Position numbers and translations under genes: made by a program. 64,000 nt of DNA, from positions 925-64,924 of the forward strand of contig URQO01000005.1 of assembly GCA_900550135.1 (NCBI GenBank). Direction: 5' to 3'. This stretch comes from an uncultured Eubacterium sp. (GTDB lineage: Bacteria > Bacillota > Clostridia > Lachnospirales > Lachnospiraceae). Below the pieces are notes generated by a model that did no database searches, was not told the DNA's origin, and saw only the letters and a program-made list of their open reading frames with translations. Position 1 is the stretch's first letter. Every line of letters starts with the position of its first letter. Positions 49,082-59,077 of this stretch are shown here, one piece after another.

Positions 49082-50302
49082 TTATAAATTTGGAGCCTGC
49101 TCTACAGGATTATATCCTGCTTTGCTTAACGCCTTCAAAATTTGTTCTTTATGGTCATGACCAAAGCATTCCAGTGTAACTTTTAGTTCAACAGCTGCAT
49201 TTCTGTTAACTGATACAAATTGGTTGTGGTCAAGTTTGATTACATTTCCCTGCTCTTTTGCAATTGTGTTGGCTACTTTTACAAGTTCACCCGGCTTGTC
49301 AGGAAGCAACACAGAAACTGTAAATACTCTTCCTCTTTGAATAAGACCATGCTGTAATGTTGAAGACATTGTAATAATGTCCATATTTCCGCCACTGATA
49401 ATAGAAACAATCTTTTTGTCCTTACATTTCAAATGCTTTAATGCAGCAATTGTAAGAAGACCTGAATTTTCAGCAACTAATTTGTGATTTTCCACCATAT
49501 CAAGAAATGCATCAATTAATTCATCATCCTTAATAGTAATGATTTCATCAATATTTTTTTGAATATACGGAAAAATATTTTCTCCCGGAGTTTTTACTGC
49601 AGTACCATCAGCAATAGTATTTGCGCTTGGCAATGTAACAATATGCCCTGCTTCCAAACTTGCCTTCATACAGGCTGCATTTTCAGGCTCAACACCAATT
49701 ACTTTAATCCTTGGATTTAATAACTTGGCAAGTGTACTTACACCTGTTGCAAGTCCGCCTCCTCCAATTGGCACTAAAATATAATCAACTGTTGGAAGTT
49801 CCTTGAATATTTCCATTGCAATACTACCCTGACCTGCAGCAACATCTAAATCATCAAATGGATGAATAAATGTGTATCCTTCTTTTTGTGCAAGGTTAAG
49901 AGCATATTTACAGGCATCATCATATACATCACCATATAAAATAACGTCAGCACCATAATTCTTTGTTCTGTTTACTTTCATTAATGGTGTGGTAGTTGGC
50001 ATAACTACTGTAGCCTTTACTTCAAAAATTTTTGCTGCGTATGCAACACCCTGAGCGTGATTTCCTGCTGATGCCGTAATCAGTCCCCTTTCACGTTTCT
50101 CTTCTGATAGTGTGCTTATTTTGTAGTAAGAACCTCTCACTTTGTATGCACCTGTAAACTGCATATTTTCAGGCTTAATATAAACACTGTTTCCAGTTTG
50201 TTCACTAAAATAATCACTGAAAATCAAATTTGTATTAAGTGTTACTTTTTTTACAATTTCACTCGCCTCTTCAAATTTTCTTAAATCTAATTTATTACTC
50301 AT
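49082..50302 (-). CDS. ilvA: Threonine ammonia-lyase (single C-terminal ACT domain)
   Basis: KPENMQFTGAYKVRG, ASAGNHAQG, PIGGGGL, SGGNMD, LPDKPGEL. Confidence 0.92.
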   Translation of the reverse strand: MSNKLDLRKFEEASEIVKKVTLNTNLIFSDYFSEQTGNSVYIKPENMQFTGAYKVRGSYYKISTLSEEKRERGLITASAGNHAQGVAYAAKIFEVKATVVMPTTTPLMKVNRTKNYGADVILYGDVYDDACKYALNLAQKEGYTFIHPFDDLDVAAGQGSIAMEIFKELPTVDYILVPIGGGGLATGVSTLAKLLNPRIKVIGVEPENAACMKASLEAGHIVTLPSANTIADGTAVKTPGENIFPYIQKNIDEIITIKDDELIDAFLDMVENHKLVAENSGLLTIAALKHLKCKDKKIVSIISGGNMDIITMSSTLQHGLIQRGRVFTVSVLLPDKPGELVKVANTIAKEQGNVIKLDHNQFVSVNRNAAVELKVTLECFGHDHKEQILKALSKAGYNPVEQAPNL

Positions 50303-50325
50303 TTTATCACTCTTTCACTTTTAAT

Positions 50326-51243
50326 TTATTCTGTAAATAATGCTTCAACAAACTCTTTTGAGTTGAATTTCTGCAAATCATCAATCTGTTCTCCAACACC
50401 GATATATTTTACCGGAATGCCAAGTTCTGATTGAATGGCAATGGCAATACCACCTTTTGCAGATCCGTCCATCTTTGTAAGAATAACACCTGATATATCA
50501 GCACATTCTTTAAACTGTCTAGCCTGTTCTAAAGCATTCTGACCTGTTGTTGCATCAAGTACAATAAAGTTTTCCCGTCTTACACCGTCATACTCTTTTG
50601 TAATAATACGGTCAAGTTTCTTTAACTCTTCCATAAGATTTTTCTTGTTGTGAAGTCTTCCTGCCGTATCACAAAGAAGAATATCTGCATCTTTATTTTT
50701 TGCAGAAGATATGGCATCAAACAATACTGATCCCGGATCCGAACCTTCTTTTCCGGAAACAATGTCAACTCCTGCTCTGTTTGCCCACTCAATAAGCTGG
50801 TCAGCAGCAGCAGCCCTAAAGGTATCAGCAGCGGCTAAAACAACTTTCTTTCCATTGTTTTTAAACTGACTTGCCAGTTTTCCAATAGATGTTGTTTTTC
50901 CAACACCATTTACACCAATTACAAGAATTACTGATTTTTCATTTTCAAAATCATAAGCATTTTCGCCTAAATCCATTTGTTCTTCAATGTTTTTAATTAA
51001 TAACTCCTTACATTCCATGGGTTCTTTGATGTTTTTATCTTTAACTTCCTGTTTTAGATTGTCAAGAATTTCTTCAGTAGTGTTTACACCAATATCACTC
51101 ATAATGAGGATTTCTTCCAATTCCTCATAAAAGTCATCATCAATGTGGGAAAACCCTGAAAAAATGGAATTTAAACCCGATACAATATTGTTTCTTGTTT
51201 TAGACAAACCTGATACAAGCTTTTTAAAAAATTTTCCTGCCAT
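50326..51243 (-). CDS. ftsY: SRP receptor FtsY
   Basis: GVNGVGKTTSIGK, DTFRAAA, DTAGR, DATTGQN, TKMDGSAKGG. Confidence 0.97.
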   Translation of the reverse strand: MAGKFFKKLVSGLSKTRNNIVSGLNSIFSGFSHIDDDFYEELEEILIMSDIGVNTTEEILDNLKQEVKDKNIKEPMECKELLIKNIEEQMDLGENAYDFENEKSVILVIGVNGVGKTTSIGKLASQFKNNGKKVVLAAADTFRAAAADQLIEWANRAGVDIVSGKEGSDPGSVLFDAISSAKNKDADILLCDTAGRLHNKKNLMEELKKLDRIITKEYDGVRRENFIVLDATTGQNALEQARQFKECADISGVILTKMDGSAKGGIAIAIQSELGIPVKYIGVGEQIDDLQKFNSKEFVEALFTE

Positions 51244-51279
51244 GTTACCTCCAAATATTTTTCTGCTAATTTTTAAAAT

Positions 51280-54200
51280 TTATTTCTCCAAATCGTTTTC
51301 CAATAAGTCTACTGATACCAATGCTGAAATACCTTTTTCCTGCATTGTGATACCATAAAGTCTGTCAGCACAATTCATTGTACCACGTCTATGGGTAATT
51401 ACAATAAACTGAGTATTCTTAGTTAATTTATGTAAGTATTCTGCAAATCTGACAACGTTAGAGCCATCAAGTGCAGCCTCTATTTCGTCTAACAGACAAA
51501 ATGGAGATGGTTTTAAGTTCTGAATTGCAAATAACAAACTAATTGCCGTCAGTGCTTTTTCACCACCGGATAACTGCATCATATTTTGAAGTTTTTTTCC
51601 TGGTGGCTGAGAAATAATATTGATTCCTGCATCTAAAATGTCTTCGGCATCAGTTAGTTCAATTGTACCTTTTCCACCACCGAACAATTCTTTAAATACA
51701 ATATCAAACTCTGTTTTAATTTCCTCAAACTTTTCTTTAAACTGCTTACGCATACCAACTTCAAGTTCATCAATGATTTTAAGAAGATTATCTTTTGCTT
51801 CCATTAAATCTTCATGTTGAGCTTTCATGAACTGGTAACGCTCATTGATTTCCTTAAACTCTTCAATGGCATTTATATTTACATCTCCTAAGGATTTCAT
51901 CTCTTTTCTAATTGTAGAAATGTTTTCCTTAATTACATTCTTGTCATTAAACTCAGGATTTTTCATTTCAGAAGCTTTTCTGTATGTGATTTCATATTCA
52001 TTCCACATATAAGCTTCTTTATTTTCACTCTTTTCTTCCAAGGCTTCTTTCTGACTGCTTAATCTGTATATTTCCTTATCTAATGAAGAAATTCTTTCAG
52101 AAAGCTGTTCTCTCTTTTGGAAGAATTCTTTGTGTTCCTTACTTTGATTTTCTTTTTCAGCAATTGCTTCTTCAATTTCTTTATTTAAAGTATCAATTAA
52201 CTGTCTGTTCTTTTCAGTTTCTTTTGTCAGACTTTCAATAGCATCAAGTCTTGCTGATATTTCTTCGTCATTTTCTTTTGAATTTGACTTAATATTGTTT
52301 AACTCATCAGTTAAAGAATTAACTGTCTGTTTTGCCTTGTTAATCTTTTCAATAATAAACTCATGCTTTTGCTTAAAGTTTGCAATATCAATATTTACTT
52401 CTTCTAATGAAGATACCTTTTTAGAAACACTTTCCTTTAACTGGCCAAGTTCTTTTGTCTTTCTGACAACTTCTTTTTCAAGGAAACCACTTCTATCTTC
52501 TGTTCCTGAAAGTTCCTGGTTCAGTTCAGTGTTATTTTTATTAATATCACTGATTTCAGACTGCATATCGTTGTTTTCCTGTTCAAAACTTTGGTATTCC
52601 AACATAATGCTGTCTTTTCTTGCGTTGGCCTGTTTAAGATTAACTTCAATTGTATTTTTTATAATAAGCTGTTGCTGAAGTGCTTTACTTACTTTATCTT
52701 CTTCTTCACTTATTACGCTTATCTCACTTCTGTTGTTAATAAGCTGTTTATCCAATTGTTGTTTTTCGTCCTTAAGTGCTGCTAAAGACTTTTCAATTTC
52801 TTCAATTTCACGTCTTCTACCAAGCAAATTGCTGTTATTTTTAAATGCACCACCTGAAATTGAACCACCAACATTTAAGTATTCGCCTTCAAGAGTAACA
52901 ATTCTAACAGTGTAGCGATATTTTCTTTCAATGGAAATGGCATGATCTATAGTATCAACAACCATTACTCTTCCGAGAAGATACTTTGTAACACCTTCGT
53001 ATTCCTTTTTAATATCAACAAGGTCACTGGCAAGGCCAATAACACCTTTTTCTTCCAAAGCATCAGGTGCATTAAAGTTTGTCTTATTGCTCATACTGCT
53101 AAGTGGTAAAAATGTAGCACGACCAAATCTGTTCTTCTTTAAATATTCAATAGTTTCTTTTGCTGTTGTTTCTGTATCAGTTACAATATTTTGAATATTT
53201 CCACCTAAAGCTGTTTCAATTGCAACTTCATATTTTTTATCAACTTTAATAATGTCAGCAACAACACCAATAATACCTTTTTTGCTTTCTTTAAGTTCCA
53301 TTACTTTGCGGATACTGTTTCCATATCCTTCGTACCTTTCAGTAATGTTCTTTAAAGCCTCTAAATTGGACTTTAACTTGTGGTATTTTTCCTGATTTGC
53401 TGAAAGATCCTTTGTTAATTTTGAATTCTCAATTCGTAAATTTGCAAGGTCATCTTTATATTCAGTTAAAGTTGACTGAACTTTATCAATTTCAGCATTT
53501 ACCTCAATTAACTGTTCCTCAAACTGTTTGATGGCACTTTCCTGACCATCTTTTCTGCTTTGAAAATCAATTAATTTCTGATTTAACTGAGATTTTCTAA
53601 TATTGATCTGTTCAAGCAATGTATCACAACGCTGAATTTTTGTTTTTATAATTGACTTTGCATTTAAAAGTTCAATAATTTCAGCTTTGTTTTCTTCAAT
53701 TTCCCGTTCTAATAACTTGATTTTGTCATTTTCTTCAGCAATTTCGTTGTTTGCTTTTGTCTGAACTTCAACAATTTCATTAAGCTTGTTTTCGTTTTCT
53801 TCTCTTTCAACCTGAGAATTATCCAACTCTTTGTTTTGCTGTTCAATTTCCTCAGTTATTGAACCGATTCGCTGATTAATGTAAGATTCATTGTTTTTTG
53901 CAGAATTTATCTGTTCTTTTATAACATTAATCTGTCCTTCAAACTTTTCTATATTAAGAACTGTTTCGTTTAATGTTGCTTTTTTTGTTTCTATTGATGT
54001 ATTAATATCTTCAATGATTTTTTCAAGTTTTGTGTAATCAGATTTGATTTTTTCAAATTCATCATTTGCAATCTGCATATCTGATGATGCTATTTTGATT
54101 TTTTCATCAATCTGAACAAGTCTGTTCTTTATTTCATCAATTTCAATAAGGAACATATTTACATCATTGACTTTCAAATCCTCTTTTAACAGTAAATATC

Positions 54201-54840
54201 TTTTTGCCTTTTCACACTGTTTTTCAAGAGGAACCACCTGTCTTTCAAGTTCTCCCAAAATATCAGTAACACGGACAAGATTTTGGTTCTGGTCGTCCAA
54301 TTTTTTCAGTGCATCATTTTTACGACGTTTAAACTTTACAATACCGGCTGCCTCATCAAACAATTCTCTTCTCTCTTCAGGCTTTCCACTAAGTATACGG
54401 TCAATCTGACCCTGTCCGATAATAGAATAACCTTCCTTACCAATACCTGTATCATAAAATAATTCATTTACGTCTTTAAGTCTTACCTGAGTACCATTTA
54501 TCATGTACTCACTTTCTCCTGAACGAAACAGTCTTCTTGAAACTGTAACTTCATTGTAATCAATGTTTAACTTATGGTCTGAATTGTCAAATGTAATAGC
54601 CACATATGCATATCCCATAGGTTTTCTGTTCTCAGTCCCTGCAAAAATAACATCTTCCATCTTTGAACTACGAAGCTGTTTTGTTTTCTGCTCTCCAAGT
54701 ACCCATCTGACAGCATCTGCAACATTACTTTTTCCTGAACCGTTAGGTCCAACAATACCTGTTATACCATTGTGAAACTGAAAATTTATTTTATTTGCAA
54801 ATGATTTAAATCCGTGTATTTCTATGCTTTTTAAATACAT
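51280..54840 (-). CDS. smc: Chromosome segregation protein SMC
   Basis: GPNGSGKSN, hinge GRATFLPL, LSGGEK, LDEIEAALD. Confidence 0.98.
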   Translation of the reverse strand: MYLKSIEIHGFKSFANKINFQFHNGITGIVGPNGSGKSNVADAVRWVLGEQKTKQLRSSKMEDVIFAGTENRKPMGYAYVAITFDNSDHKLNIDYNEVTVSRRLFRSGESEYMINGTQVRLKDVNELFYDTGIGKEGYSIIGQGQIDRILSGKPEERRELFDEAAGIVKFKRRKNDALKKLDDQNQNLVRVTDILGELERQVVPLEKQCEKAKRYLLLKEDLKVNDVNMFLIEIDEIKNRLVQIDEKIKIASSDMQIANDEFEKIKSDYTKLEKIIEDINTSIETKKATLNETVLNIEKFEGQINVIKEQINSAKNNESYINQRIGSITEEIEQQNKELDNSQVEREENENKLNEIVEVQTKANNEIAEENDKIKLLEREIEENKAEIIELLNAKSIIKTKIQRCDTLLEQINIRKSQLNQKLIDFQSRKDGQESAIKQFEEQLIEVNAEIDKVQSTLTEYKDDLANLRIENSKLTKDLSANQEKYHKLKSNLEALKNITERYEGYGNSIRKVMELKESKKGIIGVVADIIKVDKKYEVAIETALGGNIQNIVTDTETTAKETIEYLKKNRFGRATFLPLSSMSNKTNFNAPDALEEKGVIGLASDLVDIKKEYEGVTKYLLGRVMVVDTIDHAISIERKYRYTVRIVTLEGEYLNVGGSISGGAFKNNSNLLGRRREIEEIEKSLAALKDEKQQLDKQLINNRSEISVISEEEDKVSKALQQQLIIKNTIEVNLKQANARKDSIMLEYQSFEQENNDMQSEISDINKNNTELNQELSGTEDRSGFLEKEVVRKTKELGQLKESVSKKVSSLEEVNIDIANFKQKHEFIIEKINKAKQTVNSLTDELNNIKSNSKENDEEISARLDAIESLTKETEKNRQLIDTLNKEIEEAIAEKENQSKEHKEFFQKREQLSERISSLDKEIYRLSSQKEALEEKSENKEAYMWNEYEITYRKASEMKNPEFNDKNVIKENISTIRKEMKSLGDVNINAIEEFKEINERYQFMKAQHEDLMEAKDNLLKIIDELEVGMRKQFKEKFEEIKTEFDIVFKELFGGGKGTIELTDAEDILDAGINIISQPPGKKLQNMMQLSGGEKALTAISLLFAIQNLKPSPFCLLDEIEAALDGSNVVRFAEYLHKLTKNTQFIVITHRRGTMNCADRLYGITMQEKGISALVSVDLLENDLEK

Positions 54841-54910
54841 ATTGTCTCTCTATACTTTCTTATATATTTTGCATAAAATATCTTTTATTTTAAGTATTTT
54901 TGCAATGTCT

Positions 54911-55594
54911 TTATTTGTCTAATGATTTTAATGCATTAAATGCTGCCTGCTGTTCAGCAGCTTTTTTTGTATGTCCAATACCCTGACCAATAATTTTATC
55001 ATCGATTTTTGCCACTGCCTCATAGTTTTTATTGTGATCAGGTCCGGACTCATTTATAATTTCATATGAAAGGGTTCCAATTTTTACACTGTTGATTCTT
55101 TCCTGCAAAACAGTCTTGCAGTCATGGAACAATCTTTTATTTTCTATGTCATTAAGGGCAAAACGTATAATAAAATCTTTTGCCGATTCTATTCCTCCGT
55201 CAAGAAAGATTGCACCAATTAATGCTTCGAAGGCATCTGAAACAATAGAGTCTCTTTTTCTGCCTCCTGTAGCCTCTTCGCCTTTTCCAAGATATATAAA
55301 ATCATCAAGTTCAATCTCTCTTGCATCTATTGCCAATGTAGGCTCACACACAAGACTTGCTCTAAGTTTTGTCATGTCGCCCTCTGGCATTTCATTCATA
55401 TTTAAAAATAAAAACTCGCTTGATACCATTTCCAAAACCGCATCACCTAAAAACTCAAGACGCTCATTATCTTTCATTTTTTTGTTTTTATGTTCATTTG
55501 CAAATGAGGTATGTGTCAATGCATTAATAAGCAAATCCTTATTTTTAAATACGTAACCTATATTACTTTCTAAGTTTGAAAAATCTGTATTCAT
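54911..55594 (-). CDS. rnc: Ribonuclease III
   Basis: NERLEFLGDAVL, DAFEALIGAIFLD, dsRBD. Confidence 0.98.
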   Translation of the reverse strand: MNTDFSNLESNIGYVFKNKDLLINALTHTSFANEHKNKKMKDNERLEFLGDAVLEMVSSEFLFLNMNEMPEGDMTKLRASLVCEPTLAIDAREIELDDFIYLGKGEEATGGRKRDSIVSDAFEALIGAIFLDGGIESAKDFIIRFALNDIENKRLFHDCKTVLQERINSVKIGTLSYEIINESGPDHNKNYEAVAKIDDKIIGQGIGHTKKAAEQQAAFNALKSLDK

Positions 55595-55616
55595 TAATAA
55601 CCTCTATAACGAAATA

Positions 55617-55640
55617 TAAAGCCCTATTGCTAGGGCTTTA
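55617..55640 (-). terminator. Hairpin between acpP and rnc
   Basis: TAAAGCCCTA-N4-TAGGGCTTTA. Confidence 0.65.
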
Positions 55641-55654
55641 AAACTTTTTATTTA

Positions 55655-55882
55655 TTAAAGTGCCTGTTTGATTTTTTCATAGGCATCACCTACAGTAACA
55701 ATTGATTCAGTTTGGTCTGTTGGAATCTGAATTCCAAATTCATCTTCAATACCCATGATGATTTCCAGTACATCAAGTGAATCAGCTCCTAAATCATCAA
55801 CAAACTTGCTGTCTGCTGTAATTGTGCTTTTATCTAAATCTAAAACATCTGCAATCGCACTAATAAGTCTATCTAATTCCAT
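55655..55882 (-). CDS. acpP: Acyl carrier protein
   Basis: DLGADSLD phosphopantetheine site. Confidence 0.96.
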   Translation of the reverse strand: MELDRLISAIADVLDLDKSTITADSKFVDDLGADSLDVLEIIMGIEDEFGIQIPTDQTESIVTVGDAYEKIKQAL

Positions 55883-55885
55883 AAT

Positions 55886-56899
55886 TTAATCCTCCTTGCT
55901 TTCTAACGAAAGTTTCTCTTTAAATTTGTTATTTATATCCAATTCTTTAAATGTTACACATTGTAGAATGGAATTTTTAATTTCAACTGCTTTTGAACTA
56001 CCGTGAGTTTTAACCAATAAACCTTTAAGTCCAAGAAGTGGTGCTCCACCATATTCTTCCAAAGAAAATCCTTTTAAGGTTTTCTTTAAGTCTTTTTTGA
56101 TAAGTAAAGCTCCAATCTTTGTCTTTAGTGAACTCATCATTGTACCTTTAATCTTGCTAAGCAAAACTCCTGCCACACCTTCGTAAAGCTTTAAAATAAC
56201 ATTTCCAACAAAAGCATCACATACAATAACATCTGCATCACCATTTGGAATATCTCTTGCCTCAATATTTCCAACAAAATTGATATCTTCAAGACTTTCA
56301 AGTAAAAGATATGTTTCTTTTACAAGTGCATTTCCCTTTTCTTCTTCTGCCCCAATGTTTACAATAGCAACTCTCGGATTCTTGATGCCAACAATGTTTT
56401 CCATATAAACGGACCCCATCTTTGCAAACTGCACCAAATGTGATGGTCTTGCATCAACATTTGCTCCACAGTCTATAAGAAGGGCTGCTCCATTCTTTGT
56501 AGGAATAAGTGGTGCAAGTGGTGGTCTTTCAACACCTTTGATTCTACCAATGATAACATGGCCACCTACAAGATTGGCTCCTGTACTTCCTGCAGATACC
56601 ATGGCATCTGCTTCTTTATTTTTTATCATGTACATACATTTCACTAATGAAGAATCTTTTTTTCTACGTATAGCCGCAACAGGTGGTTCTCCTGTTTCTA
56701 TAACTTCAGTTGCATCTACAACTTCAACCTTATCAGTTGGTTCATATTTTGATAATTCATTTTCTATTAAATCTTTTTTTCCAACAAGTTTTATTAACAT
56801 ATCCTTGTCTTCTTTTGCAGCATAGATTGCACCTTTAACTATTTCTTCCGGTGCGTTGTCTCCACCCATGCAATCTAATGCAATAACTGTTTTTGACAT
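55886..56899 (-). CDS. plsX: Phosphate acyltransferase PlsX
   Basis: DCMGGDNAP, SAGSTGA, DCGAN, NIGAEEEKG, GGAPLLGL, KTHGSS. Confidence 0.96.
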   Translation of the reverse strand: MSKTVIALDCMGGDNAPEEIVKGAIYAAKEDKDMLIKLVGKKDLIENELSKYEPTDKVEVVDATEVIETGEPPVAAIRRKKDSSLVKCMYMIKNKEADAMVSAGSTGANLVGGHVIIGRIKGVERPPLAPLIPTKNGAALLIDCGANVDARPSHLVQFAKMGSVYMENIVGIKNPRVAIVNIGAEEEKGNALVKETYLLLESLEDINFVGNIEARDIPNGDADVIVCDAFVGNVILKLYEGVAGVLLSKIKGTMMSSLKTKIGALLIKKDLKKTLKGFSLEEYGGAPLLGLKGLLVKTHGSSKAVEIKNSILQCVTFKELDINNKFKEKLSLESKED

Positions 56900-56927
56900 A
56901 AAATGTCCTCCTTTTACGCATAAGGAT

Positions 56928-56956
56928 AATATACTAAAAAATCACGATAAAATCAA
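56928..56956 (-). promoter_or_regulatory. Putative sigma-A promoter of plsX operon
   Basis: TTGATT-N17-TATATT. Confidence 0.5.
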
Positions 56957-57051
56957 GAAACATCTATTTAAAAGACAATACTGTACATATCATTAATTCG
57001 GATAGTGTACAGTATTTGTTTTATTATTTTATAATTTGCAATCCAAAACAA

Positions 57052-57092
57052 TAAAAATAAGACTCTGCGATAACCACAAAGTCTTATTTTTA
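57052..57092 (-). terminator. Intrinsic terminator after rpmF
   Basis: AAAAATAAGACTTTGTG-N5-CGCAGAGTCTTATTTTT. Confidence 0.8.
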
Positions 57093-57095
57093 TAA

Positions 57096-57275
57096 TTAGT
57101 CAACTGAAACTATTTCTTTTTTGTTGTAGCTTCCACATGCCTTGCATACTCTATGTGGCATCATTAATGTTCCACACTTGCTGCATTTAACAAGGTTTGG
57201 AGCTGACATCTTCCAGTTTGCTCTTCTCTTATCTCTTCTTCCTTTTGAAGATTTGTTCTTTGGACAGATAGACAT
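57096..57275 (-). CDS. rpmF: 50S ribosomal protein L32 (Zn-ribbon form)
   Basis: Manual translation MSICPKNKSSKGRRDKRRANWKMSAPNLVKCSKCGTLMMPHRVCKACGSYNKKEIVSVD (59 aa); not in ORF track. Confidence 0.97.
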   Translation of the reverse strand: MSICPKNKSSKGRRDKRRANWKMSAPNLVKCSKCGTLMMPHRVCKACGSYNKKEIVSVD

Positions 57276-57278
57276 GGT

Positions 57279-57803
57279 TTACACCTCCTTAAACTGATTA
57301 AAAACATCTAATATTTTCGACATTCCTGTTCCTGGTTCTGCGTCCTGGCACTTACAGGTACTCACGTTAAGATTGACGCCGCATCTATTACAAATTCCTT
57401 TGCAGTCTGTTCTGCACAGAACCTTCATAGGCAAGTTAACCAGAATTTCATTATAAATAAACATCTGAGAATCAAACTTTGTTCCATCCAGATAAGTAGT
57501 CTCATCTAAATCATCAATCCTCTGTTGTGATGTTTTATTCAAATCTAAGTCTTTGAATGTATCTATATTAATATCATATGAAACAGGCTCTAAACATCTG
57601 TTGCAGGGAATAACCAAAGTCACATCACCTGTGCATTTCAAAGAAATATGTTTCTTTCCATCATTGTGAAACTCTAAATACACATTGCTTTTTTCCACGG
57701 GATAACTGTTTCTTCTAGTTTTAAATTTTTCTTTTTCAAATGTTAAATTAAATTTCTTTAATCCATCTTCTTCCTGTAAAAGCTCATATAAATCAATTAA
57801 CAT
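57279..57803 (-). CDS. YceD/DUF177 family protein
   Basis: CNRCLEP, LPMKVLC..DCKGIC..CG.NLN...C.C; upstream of rpmF. Confidence 0.92.
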   Translation of the reverse strand: MLIDLYELLQEEDGLKKFNLTFEKEKFKTRRNSYPVEKSNVYLEFHNDGKKHISLKCTGDVTLVIPCNRCLEPVSYDINIDTFKDLDLNKTSQQRIDDLDETTYLDGTKFDSQMFIYNEILVNLPMKVLCRTDCKGICNRCGVNLNVSTCKCQDAEPGTGMSKILDVFNQFKEV

Positions 57804-57832
57804 AATACTCCCTCTTCAAAGACACCTAAACA

Positions 57833-57861
57833 ATTATACATATAGGGTATGGGTTTGTCAA
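57833..57861 (-). promoter_or_regulatory. Consensus sigma-A promoter of yceD-rpmF
   Basis: Perfect TTGACA-N17-TATAAT. Confidence 0.85.
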
Positions 57862-57870
57862 GTTTTTTGA

Positions 57871-59064
57871 TTACTTTACTAATGCAACTGTTTCTCTGGC
57901 TATTGCCAACTCTTCATTTGTTGGAATAACATATACTTTTACCTTTGAATCTTTAGTTGAAATTTCAACTTCTTCTCCACGAAGTTTGTTTGCTTCTTTG
58001 TCAATCTTAATACCCAAATATCCAAGACTTTCACAAACTTCTTCTCTAACCTGACTGTTGTTTTCACCAACTCCGGCTGTAAATACAATATCATCTACAC
58101 CGTTCATAACTGCAACATATCCACCGATAAACTTTATAACTGTATGAATATATGCTTCAAAAGCTGATTTTGCAACTTCATTTCCTTCTTCCATAGCCTT
58201 TGTAATATCTCTAAAATCACTTGATACTTCTGAAAGTCCTGCAATACCTGACTGCTTATTTAAAACATTTGTTATTTCTGAAATATCCTTATGGGTAATA
58301 TTTGAAAGAACTTCTAAAATACCCGGATCAATATCTCCTGATCTTGTTCCCATCATTACACCTGCTAGTGGTGTAAGTCCCATACTTGTATCAACAGATT
58401 TTCCACCATCAACTGCACAAATACTTGCACCATTTCCAAGATGACATACAATAGTCTTTAAATCTTCAACAGGTTTTTCCATAATTTCAGCTACACGTTT
58501 TGATACATAACTGTGTGATGTTCCATGGAAACCGTATCTTCTTATTTTGTACTGTTCGTAATATTTTCTTGGTATTCCATAAAGGTATGCTTTTTCAGGC
58601 ATTGTCTGATGAAAAGCTGTATCAAATACTACAACATTTGGTGTATCTTTCATAATTTCCATGCATGCCTTAATACCAATAACATTTGCCGGATTATGAA
58701 GTGGTGCCAAATAATTACACTTTTCAATCTTATCCAAAACATCTTCATCAACAATAACTGACTTTGAGAAATATTCTCCACCATGAACTACACGATGGCC
58801 AACGGCTTTTACCTCATCCATATGGTTGATTACACCGATTTCTTTGTCTGTTAATGCTGAAATAACTGCATTTATTGCCTCTTTGTGAGTAGGCATATCT
58901 ATTTCTTTTGTTATTTTGTCACATTTTGCGCTTTCATATGTAATGGAACTTTTGTCTATTCCAATTCTTTCGCATAAACCTTTTGCTAATACTTTTTCAT
59001 CATCAGAGTCAATCAGCTGAAACTTCAATGATGAACTTCCACAATTTATAACTAATACTTCCAT
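57871..59064 (-). CDS. ackA: Acetate kinase
   Basis: INCGSSSLK, GHRVVHGG, APLHNP, FDTAFH, RYGFHGTSH, PTNEEL; start ATG 59064. Confidence 0.97.
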   Translation of the reverse strand: MEVLVINCGSSSLKFQLIDSDDEKVLAKGLCERIGIDKSSITYESAKCDKITKEIDMPTHKEAINAVISALTDKEIGVINHMDEVKAVGHRVVHGGEYFSKSVIVDEDVLDKIEKCNYLAPLHNPANVIGIKACMEIMKDTPNVVVFDTAFHQTMPEKAYLYGIPRKYYEQYKIRRYGFHGTSHSYVSKRVAEIMEKPVEDLKTIVCHLGNGASICAVDGGKSVDTSMGLTPLAGVMMGTRSGDIDPGILEVLSNITHKDISEITNVLNKQSGIAGLSEVSSDFRDITKAMEEGNEVAKSAFEAYIHTVIKFIGGYVAVMNGVDDIVFTAGVGENNSQVREEVCESLGYLGIKIDKEANKLRGEEVEISTKDSKVKVYVIPTNEELAIARETVALVK

Positions 59065-59077
59065 ATTCACCTCTACA

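Noticed and set aside
56921..56937. FapR operator over the plsX -10 (TTAGTA half-site)
   Set aside because: Second half-site does not match and there is no adjacent fapR
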